Assembly (NCBI GenBank): GCA_963676445.1
Contig: OY781100.1
Location: 1,300,104-1,332,103 of the forward strand
Origin: Anaerovoracaceae bacterium
Lineage (GTDB): Bacteria > Bacillota > Clostridia > Peptostreptococcales > Anaerovoracaceae
Direction: 5' to 3'
DNA: 32,000 bases
Part shown: one piece after another, positions 23,830-32,000 of the stretch
How the letters are laid out: each line of letters begins with the position of its first letter
Position numbering within the stretch: position 1 is the first letter of the stretch
Position numbers and translations under genes: made by a program
The notes under the pieces: generated by a model
Seen by the model: the letters and a program-made list of their open reading frames with translations, nothing else
The model's database searches: none
What the model was told of the DNA's origin: nothing

Positions 23830-24449
23830 TCTCCTTCATAAATTTTCAATGCTGCCCAAGTTTTATGTCCACTGTTTGCATCACCCCAGGTCATACTGTC
23901 TAAGGCACCCCAGGTTGTGTAGGTATACTTAAAACGATAAGCCAAATGCGCCGGTTTAATTTCCTCTATAGCGTTTATCAGTCCTGTCATATTCTGCGGT
24001 ATCCCTTTTATGCCTACAAACTGTACTACAAAGATGTACTCTTCCGGATATTCGAGTATATTTACCTCACCGCCGGAAAAGGCAACTGCCATATTTTGTA
24101 TCATACTAATCGTAGTCGTTCCAGCGCCCCTCATTTTCGCTTTTAAAATTTCTCTGCGAATTGCATAGGATTTTGTTTTATCCGTCGTCAGTCCGAATAC
24201 CTGCTCCAAGAGATCCAATCCCCATGTGGCGGAAGATACAAAGCACTGATTGATTAAGTCTGGAAGACCTCCTGCTAATTCCCCCGTGCTGTAACCTAAG
24301 GCTGTTTGTAGCTCAACTACCTCATTACTGTTTCGGTAATAGTCCGGCAAATATGACATAAGATCGGCATATGCCTCATCAGGGCCAGAAGCCTCCGGTT
24401 CAGGCCCATATGCAGCTGTTCCATATAAACTGTCTGCGTATTTTGACAT
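23826..24449 (-). CDS. XkdU-like (DUF2313 / P2 gpI-like) baseplate protein, module A
   Basis: 207 aa with RBS GAGGGGAGG. C-terminal IEEIKPAHLAYRFKYTYTTW closely parallels 10398..10949. Confidence 0.7.
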   Translation of the reverse strand: MSKYADSLYGTAAYGPEPEASGPDEAYADLMSYLPDYYRNSNEVVELQTALGYSTGELAGGLPDLINQCFVSSATWGLDLLEQVFGLTTDKTKSYAIRREILKAKMRGAGTTTISMIQNMAVAFSGGEVNILEYPEEYIFVVQFVGIKGIPQNMTGLINAIEEIKPAHLAYRFKYTYTTWGALDSMTWGDANSGHKTWAALKIYEGE

Positions 24450-24450
24450 A

Positions 24451-27400
24451 CTATGATCCTCCCCTCAACTGCCCCCAGGTCAGTGGACCTTTTGGCATAA
24501 AATCTTCCGCTTCTTTTCCATCAAGCATGTCCGCGTTTAAATTCGAAACGACAGTGGGTGATTCTACGATCAGAGGAGCAGTCCCGGCGGCAGCGGTAGA
24601 TTCCAGCTGTGTTCCTTGAATCATGGCAGGGAAAAGCGCATTTTGATACACGTCCCAATAATATAGATGATCATGATACATCATTTTATTAGGTATAGTC
24701 CAAACATTTTTCCCAGTCAGTTTCAAGTGGCTGATTGACTGCTTCTGTGTATTTGAGCTTTTAGCCAAATCCATATCATTGAAAGTGTTGCTTGTGGAAC
24801 AAGTCCGGAATGTAAAGCGGCGATTCCAAAAATTCCCGCTTTGACTGGTACTTCCACCAAATGTCTCGCCAGGCATGGAAAGGAAGTTCCCGCCGGACCA
24901 TCCTCTTAAAAATGCTTCCCTTTCAGTAATCCAAGTGTTAGGAGCCGCTCCGGTTGCGCGTTCCACTTTCATATAGATTCTATCATTGACTGAACTACAA
25001 AAAATCCATCCAGCATCCAGCTGGCAGTACCTTTCTGCAGACAATACATTGGCAGAATTCCAGTAGCTGTACCTATCCGTTTCTATCGTTTCTTCAGGCA
25101 CGCTATATCGCATTGCAGTAATAGTAAGACGCATCATGCAATCTGAACTTCTGACACCATTTTTGAGTGGAATTGCAACGATCGGCCTCTGACCAGTAAA
25201 CAACATCGTTTTGTTCATATCGCTGATACCGGCATCTGTCCAAGTCATACCGGCATCTGTTGAGACTTCGATTATGATTTGTGAAGCAGGAAGAAAGGCA
25301 GTACGATCCGCCCTCAATACATCAAATAGGGGTGCCGCCGTCTTTGTAATACCCCCTGTAACATATGCTGGTTCGCTTAACTTATCCGTCGATACACCGG
25401 TAATTGTACCGCTGTCATGCGTATGTATGCTTGGAGTAAAAGTATCAGGTTTGTTGCTCACACCGCTCCAAGGCACATTGTCTGCTGCCACCGCTGCGTT
25501 AACCTTGCCATCCTCATCTGTATCGTAGATCGACCGAAGCATATCTCCATATCCGGCATCAGACAGTTCTTGCTGTACAAAGGCTGTACTTGCCGCCTGT
25601 GTTGTATTTGTCCCGGAAGTTGCCGTCGGAACTGTCGGTATCCCGGTAAATGAAGGGGAAGCCAGGGAGGCTTTTGCTGCCAGTGCAGTATTTAAGACAT
25701 ACCCCTGATAGGCGCTTAGTGCTGTGCCATCTGCATGGGAGGATTGTGTTAATGCATTGATCGTCTTTACATGCCCATAATTTGCCGCAGTGCCAAACCC
25801 ATACGTACCGGATGTAGCCGCATGGGACTTTATCGCTTTTGCGTCCAGCTGTGTCTGTACGTTAGCTGTAACCCCGTCCATGTAGTTTAATTCCGAAGCG
25901 GTGGCATTCAGTCCTAAGTTTGTAAGTGCTCCTGAGGCCGTTGCAGCTCCGGTTCCACCATTCGTTACTGGTAATGCGCCGGTTGTGTTTCCAAGACCCA
26001 GTGCATTCCTTACGCCTGCGCCTGTCGTTTGGCCGGTGCCGCCCTCGGATATCGTCAGAGTTGGGTTACTTCCTGACGTTACAAGCCCTTTCGCGTTTAC
26101 GGTTACACTACCATAAGTACCTGCGGCTACCCCGCTGTCTGTCAAAGTAAGGCCAATTTCTGCATCTTCAGAACCGTCAAAAGATGTTTCTCCCGATGCA
26201 TCTCCGGTTACGCTGATCGTTCTGGCAGTTTTAAGTTTGACTGCCTCCTCCGCGGTATTTACAATCCCATCCTCATCTGTATCGTAGATCGACCGAAGCA
26301 TATCTCCATATCCGGCATCAGACAGTTCTTGCTGTACAAAGGCTGTACTTGCCGCCTGTGTTGTATTTGTCCCGGAAGTTGCCGTCGGAACTGTCGGTAT
26401 CCCGGTAAATGAAGGGGAAGCCAGGGAGGCTTTTGCTGCCAGTGCAGTATTTAAGACATACCCCTGATAGGCGCTTAGTGCTGTGCCATCTGCATGGGAG
26501 GATTGTGTTAATGCATTGATCGTCTTTACATGCCCATAATTTGCCGCAGTGCCAAGCCCATACGTACCGGATGTAGCCGCATGGGACTTTATCGCTTTTG
26601 CGTCCAGCTGTGTCTGTACGTTAGCTGTAACCCCGTCCATGTAGTTTAATTCCGAAGCGGTGGCATTCAGTCCTAAGTTTGTAAGTGCTCCTGAGGCCGT
26701 TGCAGCTCCGGTTCCACCATTCGTTACTGGTAATGCGCCGGTTGTGTTTCCAAGACCCAGTGCATTCCTTACGCCTGCGCCTGTCGTTTGGCCGGTGCCG
26801 CCCTCTGATATCGTCAGAGTTGGGTTACTTCCTGACGTTACAATCCCTTTAGCGTTTACTGATATGCTTCGGTAAGTACCGGCTGCTGCTCCGCTGTCTT
26901 CCAGTGCAATATCAATTGATGCATCCGCACTGCCGTCAAAGGATGCAGAACCGGTAGCATCTCCGTTTATGCTTATGGTCCGGGCCGCAGTCAATTTGGC
27001 GGCGCTTGCCACGCTCTTATCCGTATCTGCTATATTGTCGCAATTTCCCAGGCCTACTTGTGATTTTGTAATATTATGAGGATTTGAAGTATTATTGGTA
27101 TGGCTTGCCAGTGTGGATAAATTTGCTGTGATTTGAGCCTGTAGCTTGCCTATTGCAGACAATGTGGTATCCGTCGCGGCAATAGCGGTATCAGCTACTG
27201 TACTCAAACCAGTAAGTACAACCGTTCTTACCGTGGCCGCAAAATCTGATATCGTGGATGCGGTCTGCATGCCAGTATGGTTAGCCCTGTTCCGATCGGC
27301 AGAATGATAGTGCAGGCTTGTATCGGCTGATCCCGTCAGTAATCCGGCATTTGTGTCGGGTATGTTGTTGACTTCAGCTCCTGCCTCTATGCCGGTCAGT

Positions 27401-28074
27401 TTTGTTTTTTCTTCGCTCGTATAGTCCTCTGTACTTAAATCTTTACCCGTTACTTTGTCAACTTTGGCTGCAAGCTGAGTCGTCATTGTACCGGCAAAGT
27501 CGGAATCGTCATTCAAAGCACTCGCTATCTCTTGCAATGTATCCAATGCATCCGGAGCGGCGCCGACTACTTCTTCGATTCTGGCATCTGTCTCCCCTTT
27601 CGTATAGGTATCTTCCTTATCGGCTTTCAGGAGCAGCCTGGTTGCAACGGATATTTCATCCGCCTTGGCGGTCTCAACTGTAGTTACACGACTTTCTATG
27701 CTATTTAATTCTGTGTTATTACTCGCCTCATACGCATCAAGCTCATCCTGAGCGGCGGATACCGCGTCCTGAAGGGCGTTTATATCGCTCGCCTCGACAA
27801 TATCACCAGCGGTCTGATAAGTAATGTATATGGTATCCACGCCTGCATACACCTTGATGTAGGTCTTCCAGGAGGCCTCACTGTCAGTGGACAACGCAAA
27901 AGAAGTTATCTCATCTCCGGTATATTTGCTGCCGGTATAAACAGCTACCGAACTGCCCGTTACGTTGTCATGCTCCAGATATCCGGCATATACACCTTCT
28001 GTGACTGTCTGGATTTCTTCAATCACATAGACACTGCCATCCTCTTTTTTATTGAGTTTTCCCACAAATGCCAC
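24451..28074 (-). CDS. Giant tail fibre / receptor-binding protein with internal 253-aa tandem duplication
   Basis: About 1207 aa from GTG 28074 (GGAGG 6 nt upstream, 2 nt after the baseplate-J stop). ATG 28122 from the ORF track would overlap baseplate J by 47 nt. It has a coiled-coil N-terminal third, two 253-aa repeats and a distinct C-terminal ~330-aa domain. Confidence 0.8.
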   Translation of the reverse strand: MAFVGKLNKKEDGSVYVIEEIQTVTEGVYAGYLEHDNVTGSSVAVYTGSKYTGDEITSFALSTDSEASWKTYIKVYAGVDTIYITYQTAGDIVEASDINALQDAVSAAQDELDAYEASNNTELNSIESRVTTVETAKADEISVATRLLLKADKEDTYTKGETDARIEEVVGAAPDALDTLQEIASALNDDSDFAGTMTTQLAAKVDKVTGKDLSTEDYTSEEKTKLTGIEAGAEVNNIPDTNAGLLTGSADTSLHYHSADRNRANHTGMQTASTISDFAATVRTVVLTGLSTVADTAIAATDTTLSAIGKLQAQITANLSTLASHTNNTSNPHNITKSQVGLGNCDNIADTDKSVASAAKLTAARTISINGDATGSASFDGSADASIDIALEDSGAAAGTYRSISVNAKGIVTSGSNPTLTISEGGTGQTTGAGVRNALGLGNTTGALPVTNGGTGAATASGALTNLGLNATASELNYMDGVTANVQTQLDAKAIKSHAATSGTYGLGTAANYGHVKTINALTQSSHADGTALSAYQGYVLNTALAAKASLASPSFTGIPTVPTATSGTNTTQAASTAFVQQELSDAGYGDMLRSIYDTDEDGIVNTAEEAVKLKTARTISVTGDASGETSFDGSEDAEIGLTLTDSGVAAGTYGSVTVNAKGLVTSGSNPTLTISEGGTGQTTGAGVRNALGLGNTTGALPVTNGGTGAATASGALTNLGLNATASELNYMDGVTANVQTQLDAKAIKSHAATSGTYGFGTAANYGHVKTINALTQSSHADGTALSAYQGYVLNTALAAKASLASPSFTGIPTVPTATSGTNTTQAASTAFVQQELSDAGYGDMLRSIYDTDEDGKVNAAVAADNVPWSGVSNKPDTFTPSIHTHDSGTITGVSTDKLSEPAYVTGGITKTAAPLFDVLRADRTAFLPASQIIIEVSTDAGMTWTDAGISDMNKTMLFTGQRPIVAIPLKNGVRSSDCMMRLTITAMRYSVPEETIETDRYSYWNSANVLSAERYCQLDAGWIFCSSVNDRIYMKVERATGAAPNTWITEREAFLRGWSGGNFLSMPGETFGGSTSQSGNFWNRRFTFRTCSTSNTFNDMDLAKSSNTQKQSISHLKLTGKNVWTIPNKMMYHDHLYYWDVYQNALFPAMIQGTQLESTAAAGTAPLIVESPTVVSNLNADMLDGKEAEDFMPKGPLTWGQLRGGS
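25508..27025. repeat. Tandem direct repeat, 2 x 759 bp, inside the giant fibre gene
   Basis: 25508..26266 versus 26267..27025. The first ~576 nt of each unit (25508..26083 vs 26267..26842) differ at only 2 positions I could find (25797 a/g, 26047 g/t). The remaining ~180 nt are clearly homologous but much more diverged. The twin plus-strand shadow ORFs at 25901 and 26660 are offset by exactly 759. Confidence 0.95.
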
Positions 28075-28075
28075 A

Positions 28076-29122
28076 TCACACCTCCAGATCGACTGTGCCG
28101 AATACAGGTACTTCCTCGTCACCCAATCCGATATTGGACGTATCGCTATTTAGCCGCAAATCATCATAATCTAAAACCCCGTCTGTACCCAGCAAAAGGG
28201 TTCCTATTTTAGCTACGCTTATATAAGTTGCATCAAAGGCAATCTCTTTAAAATAATCCGTTATAAACTGAGTAAAGGTGTCCGTTACCGTCTGTAATAT
28301 ATACCCGGAGGCCAATGTAACAGAAGCGGTAATATCAATGTTCTTTGCTGTACCTGAAACAACCGTTACTGTGGCTCCTATCGGCCTCATTTCTTCAATA
28401 TATTTTTCTGTTGCAGTAACCAAGCTTTCCGCCACCGGCTGCTTATCGCTGTCCACAATAACAACTTTTACGGTACCGTTACCCTTCCAAAGTGGAAATA
28501 CTTTGGCTCCTCCTACGCCGTCCACCGCCAGAGCCCATTGTCTGTAGTTTGCTATGTTTCCCGATGTCGCCGGTTTTTGCAGATAATCATAAAGTCTTGC
28601 GATTAGTGCAGCGTCGGTTTCCTCATCCGCTCCCCCTGTTGCAGCCGCATTGGTTACTGACGTAAGCCCGTTTATCGTTATCACCTGATAAAGGATCGTT
28701 CCTGCATCGACATTATACTCATCACCGATCTCTGCTGCCGTTGCGCTTACCGAAACAGTACCCTCTGAAATGGTTACGGCCTTGTCGGTTTCAAATTGCA
28801 GACCATCCGAAGTTAAAAATACTTTACCTGCGGCGATTTGCGTATTATTTGCGCCTGTGAAGGTTAACATAGTCGTTGCCTTCGACCCCGATTTCCGCGT
28901 GATGCCGTACTCCGCACACCTCTTGTCAATATATTCTCCAGAAGTCTCATCAACATAGGCGATGGGAACAATCGCGTCAATGGCTTGATAATATTTCCAC
29001 ATTTCATAGGCCACAGCACTGATCATATCGTTTGTGTAGCTTCCTTCACTGGTATTGAGTTCACTGCTCAGTTGACTAATGATGTTATTTTTAATCATTT
29101 CTACCGTATAGTCCTCATACAT
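28076..29122 (-). CDS. Baseplate J-like protein (XkdT-like), module A
   Basis: 348 aa. Follows the XkdS-like gene with an 8-nt overlap. Shares the family pattern (..EGS...D...A.A.E.......ID......D...G..ID....EYGITRK...A...) with the two module-B copies but is much more distant from them. Confidence 0.85.
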   Translation of the reverse strand: MYEDYTVEMIKNNIISQLSSELNTSEGSYTNDMISAVAYEMWKYYQAIDAIVPIAYVDETSGEYIDKRCAEYGITRKSGSKATTMLTFTGANNTQIAAGKVFLTSDGLQFETDKAVTISEGTVSVSATAAEIGDEYNVDAGTILYQVITINGLTSVTNAAATGGADEETDAALIARLYDYLQKPATSGNIANYRQWALAVDGVGGAKVFPLWKGNGTVKVVIVDSDKQPVAESLVTATEKYIEEMRPIGATVTVVSGTAKNIDITASVTLASGYILQTVTDTFTQFITDYFKEIAFDATYISVAKIGTLLLGTDGVLDYDDLRLNSDTSNIGLGDEEVPVFGTVDLEV

Positions 29123-29537
29123 TCACTTCCACCTCCCCGTAAACTGTATTCAGCTTCGCATTCACGTTCAATATCCCGTCGGAGAAAGATATCGCCGTAT
29201 CAGAAACACTTGTAATATACGGGCAGACAAGCAGGCATTCCTCTACATAACGCGCTGCCTCCGACTGCTTTAACTCCTCTGAAAAAGGTTGTCCAATCAA
29301 TGAATCCACTTCATTTCCATAATCCCACGTATAGATTTCATGACGGAATCTGGGTGTATGAAGTGCCTTCCACGCCCATACAAGTACTGCTTCTTTCCCA
29401 GAAACAACAACTGGTGATCCGTTTTTATAGACCGGGATATTATTTTCAAAATCCCATTTTGCTTCTTTAAAAATGGAGAGTTCCATCCCATCCTCCGCCA
29501 CCTGCGGTTGAATGATCGGAAAAAGTGTCGCATTCAT
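29115..29537 (-). CDS. XkdS-like (DUF2634, gp25/W-like) baseplate protein, module A
   Basis: 140 aa from ATG 29537, an ATGA overlap with the upstream stop. The track start at 29555 is also possible. Order and size match xkdS. Confidence 0.6.
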   Translation of the reverse strand: MNATLFPIIQPQVAEDGMELSIFKEAKWDFENNIPVYKNGSPVVVSGKEAVLVWAWKALHTPRFRHEIYTWDYGNEVDSLIGQPFSEELKQSEAARYVEECLLVCPYITSVSDTAISFSDGILNVNAKLNTVYGEVEVNV

Positions 29538-29791
29538 ACGTCCACCACCTTGCAAATGATTATATATCGCTGCTCCTCTTCAATGGGAATCAGAAGCAAC
29601 GTTTCTCCTGCATTAAATTCATACAAACTGCTGTTTTTTAAAAGAGAATCTTTATCCTGAATGGTCTGAGAAACATTAACCGTTAATGGTGATGCAGTAA
29701 TGACCTCTCCCAACCGCATAAATGTCGGTATTTGTTTTTTTGCTTCTGTCCTTATGCCCCTTACCAGGGAAACGAAAGGATTATCTTCCAT
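29534..29791 (-). CDS. XkdR-like (DUF2577) small baseplate protein, module A
   Basis: 85 aa from ATG 29791 (AGGAG about 9 nt upstream). ATG 29809 (ATGA overlap) and 29797 are alternative starts. Order and size match xkdR. Confidence 0.55.
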   Translation of the reverse strand: MEDNPFVSLVRGIRTEAKKQIPTFMRLGEVITASPLTVNVSQTIQDKDSLLKNSSLYEFNAGETLLLIPIEEEQRYIIICKVVDV

Positions 29792-29805
29792 TCTCATCAC
29801 TCCTC

Positions 29806-30813
29806 TCATCCCGCTGTTTTCGAGCCGTTTGCGTTAACAAGCTTACCGGCGTCTTTTTCATCCATCAAGTTTTGAAAATTGAGAATCAGTTTATTATAAT
29901 ACTGGCCGTTTTTCCAGGTATGAACATCACCGTCGATATAAAAAAGGCCGTATAAACCTGTATATGGTTCTTGAACGACAACAGCGCCACCTGCCATATT
30001 TGCTGAATTTCCAAGGTTTTCAACGGTAATTTTCTGTAAAACACCATTGTCTTCCAGTATTTTGTTTGCCTCAGCCGTTGCATCCTCATTATCAGCCTGC
30101 CTCAGATAACTTTGCAAACGTCCATAAAGCGCAATCGATTCGCTGTTATTCGGCGTTCCAACCAGCTTGTCCTTTGAATTATAGATGCTGACTTGATTGA
30201 TCATATTTTCAATGCTTTCCGTTGTCGATGCCGACATAAGGTTGCTCCCCGCCGAGATGACCATCGTCTCGTAGGGGACGCCTTTTTCAATGACATCAAG
30301 TTCAAGACCACGAAATCGGATCTGGTATTTCTTCCCTGTGCTGTTTGAGGCTATCGTATAAGCAGTTTGAATCATACGGTAAAGATCAACGCCAATAAAG
30401 TTTCTGTTGACTTTTACCCCTGTTGCCGCCAGATTGCCCACTGTTATTCCAAAATCAGCGCAGATTAATTTTGTGATCGCTTCAGGTGTCCAATTCTTAA
30501 ATTTATATACGGCTTCATTTCTTTTTAAATAAATTCCATAGTCGAAACAGGTGATATTAGTCGTGCTGCTGTCTGTACTTTTATGACGGTTAAAGATCAC
30601 TCCGCTGAACAGGACACGATCCTCTTGTTTCAGCGTAACTCCGTTTCCGAGTTCACAGTTTACGACAGGAATGGTGCCATCGACAGGTGACGACAGGATT
30701 CCAAATTCCAAAGTCCTTGTACATTGCTGGTAATCACCTGAAAGCGTAATAGAAGGTACGAGCTGAGTAATGTCAGTTGTACCATTTTTACTTGTAATTG
30801 ACAGTGTTATCAT
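29806..30813 (-). CDS. XkdQ-like baseplate hub protein, module A
   Basis: 335 aa from ATG 30813 (AGGAG about 10 nt upstream). The track start GTG 30822 lies too close to that RBS. Follows the LysM protein. Confidence 0.7.
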   Translation of the reverse strand: MITLSITSKNGTTDITQLVPSITLSGDYQQCTRTLEFGILSSPVDGTIPVVNCELGNGVTLKQEDRVLFSGVIFNRHKSTDSSTTNITCFDYGIYLKRNEAVYKFKNWTPEAITKLICADFGITVGNLAATGVKVNRNFIGVDLYRMIQTAYTIASNSTGKKYQIRFRGLELDVIEKGVPYETMVISAGSNLMSASTTESIENMINQVSIYNSKDKLVGTPNNSESIALYGRLQSYLRQADNEDATAEANKILEDNGVLQKITVENLGNSANMAGGAVVVQEPYTGLYGLFYIDGDVHTWKNGQYYNKLILNFQNLMDEKDAGKLVNANGSKTAG

Positions 30814-30826
30814 AACGAGCACACTC

Positions 30827-31468
30827 CTATGTAAATAAACTTTTATCTGGAATTTTTACAACCTGTCCCGGATAGATAAGATTGGCATTTTTGATTCCGT
30901 TGTAATCTGCCAGCTTGGCGTATAAGGATGAATTGCCGTACATGTCACGACAAATAGCACTAAGCGTATCACCAGATTTTACAGTATAGGTTTTCGGTTT
31001 TGCTGATGCCGAATCGGTGCTTCTTGCATTGTTTTGTGTTCCTGTAGAAGGGCTCGTCACAGTTGCGAGCGTTCTGTATTTTCTCAGGGAAATGGTCGCA
31101 TACACATCCTTCGTTCCGTCCTTCTCACCATAGGAGATATCCTCGATCAGGACCGGCACATTCACCATCGTATCGGAGACGATGAAACGCAAAACTTTTC
31201 TTGCATCGCACCATGCCTCAAGGGCCTGAATGTATTTATATGGATCGGAATAAATGAGATTATGTACAAACGAATAATTTTGAGCGGGGAACATACAGTC
31301 AATTTTAAAAGAGCACAAGGTACCGTAACCGGCAAGATTTACATCTCCCAGTGTATGGATATTGATCGTCTCTATTTTAATGCCATGGGACACATTGAAA
31401 CTGCCCGGTGTGACAGGAAGAACAATTTCCGTGTTGTCAGCCGGATCTCTGAATATAAATTTACGCAA
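30827..31468 (-). CDS. LysM-domain tail protein (XkdP-like), module A
   Basis: 213 aa with a TTG start at 31468, supported by GGGAGGGG with a 6-nt spacer. C-terminal LysM: YTVKSGDTLSAICRDMYGNSSLYAKLADYNGIKNANLIYPGQVVKIP. Confidence 0.85.
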   Translation of the reverse strand: MRKFIFRDPADNTEIVLPVTPGSFNVSHGIKIETINIHTLGDVNLAGYGTLCSFKIDCMFPAQNYSFVHNLIYSDPYKYIQALEAWCDARKVLRFIVSDTMVNVPVLIEDISYGEKDGTKDVYATISLRKYRTLATVTSPSTGTQNNARSTDSASAKPKTYTVKSGDTLSAICRDMYGNSSLYAKLADYNGIKNANLIYPGQVVKIPDKSLFT

Positions 31469-31485
31469 ATTCGACCCCTCCCATC

Positions 31486-32000
31486 TTATGAAGCCATGAC
31501 CATACGGGCCTTCTCAATTTCACCGAACAATGCTCTTGCAATCTTATTGATATCCGCCTCTTCTCTTACAGTAAAATTATTTCCTGTAATGGTAACGCCC
31601 GACCCACTTCCGTAGCCGCGATTTTCACTTGCGGTAAGCACCCGCTCTCCTTCATGGAGCAGTGCGGGGAAATTGTTGTAAGGTACGTAGCCTAGGCCGT
31701 AAGCGTGTGCTTTAGACGACGATGTCAATTTGCCTGTTGAAGTATTTTCCTTATACGGAATGCTGTAACCTCCGTACGTTGGATAAAACTGAGCCATTGG
31801 ATTGTTCTGCACTGATGCCATTCCTTTGGTCAGTTCATTTTTTATCTCATATACATTTTCCCAGCCAGCTTTGGAAATTTCTGCTGACTTCTGCAAGTTT
31901 CCAATTAAAGCCTCATTCGAATCCTGTTCTATCTGTGCAGGCTCACTACCGGCATAAACATTTGTTGCAAAAGCTTCTGTAGCTTCAAGAAGTTCCTGCA
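31486..32000 (-). CDS. Tail tape-measure protein, C-terminal part (5' end outside the window), module A
   Basis: The frame stays open from the window edge (..QELLEATEAFATNVYAGSEPAQIEQD..) through the listed 136-aa ORF. The C-terminal ..HAYGLGYVPYNNFPALLHEGERVLTA.. motif is typical of tape-measure C-termini. It lies directly upstream of the LysM gene. Confidence 0.75.
   Translation of the reverse strand, partial: QELLEATEAFATNVYAGSEPAQIEQDSNEALIGNLQKSAEISKAGWENVYEIKNELTKGMASVQNNPMAQFYPTYGGYSIPYKENTSTGKLTSSSKAHAYGLGYVPYNNFPALLHEGERVLTASENRGYGSGSGVTITGNNFTVREEADINKIARALFGEIEKARMVMAS

Larger units (their letters stand above)
281..32000 (-). mobile_element. Contractile-tail prophage / phage-tail-like (PBSX- or diffocin-type) late region, partial; continues beyond the right edge
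   Basis: Uninterrupted run of about 40 minus-strand ORFs with many stop/start overlaps (ATGA, TAATG). The order tape measure - LysM - hub - XkdR/S-like - baseplate J - XkdU-like - fibres occurs twice, followed by endolysin and holin. The left limit is only inferred from the truncated-looking plus-strand ORF at 50..346. Confidence 0.85.

Noticed and set aside
25901-26875. Twin 71-aa plus-strand ORFs (25901..26116 and 26660..26875) with nearly identical products
   Set aside because: They are antisense shadow ORFs duplicated by the 759-bp tandem repeat in the fibre gene. Their identity reflects the DNA repeat and is not independent evidence of coding.
25508-27025. Diversity-generating retroelement (template/variable repeat) explanation for the fibre repeat
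   Set aside because: No reverse transcriptase lies in the window. The repeats are tandem and 759 bp long, far longer than DGR TR/VR pairs. The two mismatches found are not a pattern of adenine-specific substitutions.
31034-31615. 193-aa plus-strand ORF spanning the LysM gene and the tape-measure end of module A
   Set aside because: It is antisense to two well-supported, motif-bearing minus-strand genes and crosses their intergenic RBS region. It has no RBS of its own, and its composition (Cys/Arg/Ile-rich) is typical of a shadow ORF.
1-32000. Search for tRNA, rRNA, CRISPR arrays, integrase/recombinase, invertible fibre segments (shufflon/Gin-type), toxin-antitoxin or classic defence genes
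   Set aside because: The intergenic gaps are short (at most about 350 nt) and show no cloverleaf-like or repeat-spacer structure. No ORF carries recombinase, RT, nuclease-helicase or Cas-like motifs that I could recognise. All fibre genes are co-oriented with no inverted duplicated 3' ends.

Overview
The window is almost entirely one minus-strand late/structural block of a PBSX- or diffocin-type contractile-tail element, from a mid-GC, Firmicute-like (probably clostridial) genome. It runs off the right edge.

In transcription order (32000 -> 1):
- Module A: 3' end of a tape-measure gene, LysM protein, XkdQ-like hub, XkdR-like, XkdS-like, baseplate-J, a ~1200-aa fibre with a 759-bp tandem duplication, XkdU-like protein, a second fibre, and a glycine-rich protein.
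- Insert: an AT-rich, translationally coupled five-gene operon. It encodes a Cys4 zinc-ribbon protein, a ParB/Srx-like protein, a radical-SAM enzyme with a SPASM/twitch-like C-terminus, a CMP-sugar-type cytidylyltransferase, and a NeuB-type synthase lacking the SAF domain.
- Module B: a second, only distantly related tail set with no head genes. It has a terminator-like protein, compact sheath, tube, XkdN-like chaperone with a canonical -1 frameshift site, tape measure, LysM, XkdQ/R/S-like proteins, and then two successive baseplate-J / XkdU-like / fibre / small-protein cassettes.
- Lysis cassette: M23 endolysin, small holin, and a membrane protein.
- An AT-rich islet of orphan ORFs with a strong hairpin.
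- An 878-aa CotH-like protein with a phage-structural-type N-terminus and three C-terminal repeats.
- A short plus-strand ORF at the left edge that may be a host gene cut at the element boundary.

I saw no rRNA, tRNA, CRISPR array, integrase, capsid, portal or terminase gene.

The most interesting candidates are the sugar-acid/radical-SAM operon embedded in the tail region, the tandem arrangement of two divergent tail modules with one visible lysis cassette, and the duplicated receptor-binding cassettes.

All family assignments rest on motif and architecture recall plus gene order. No database or structure search was possible.
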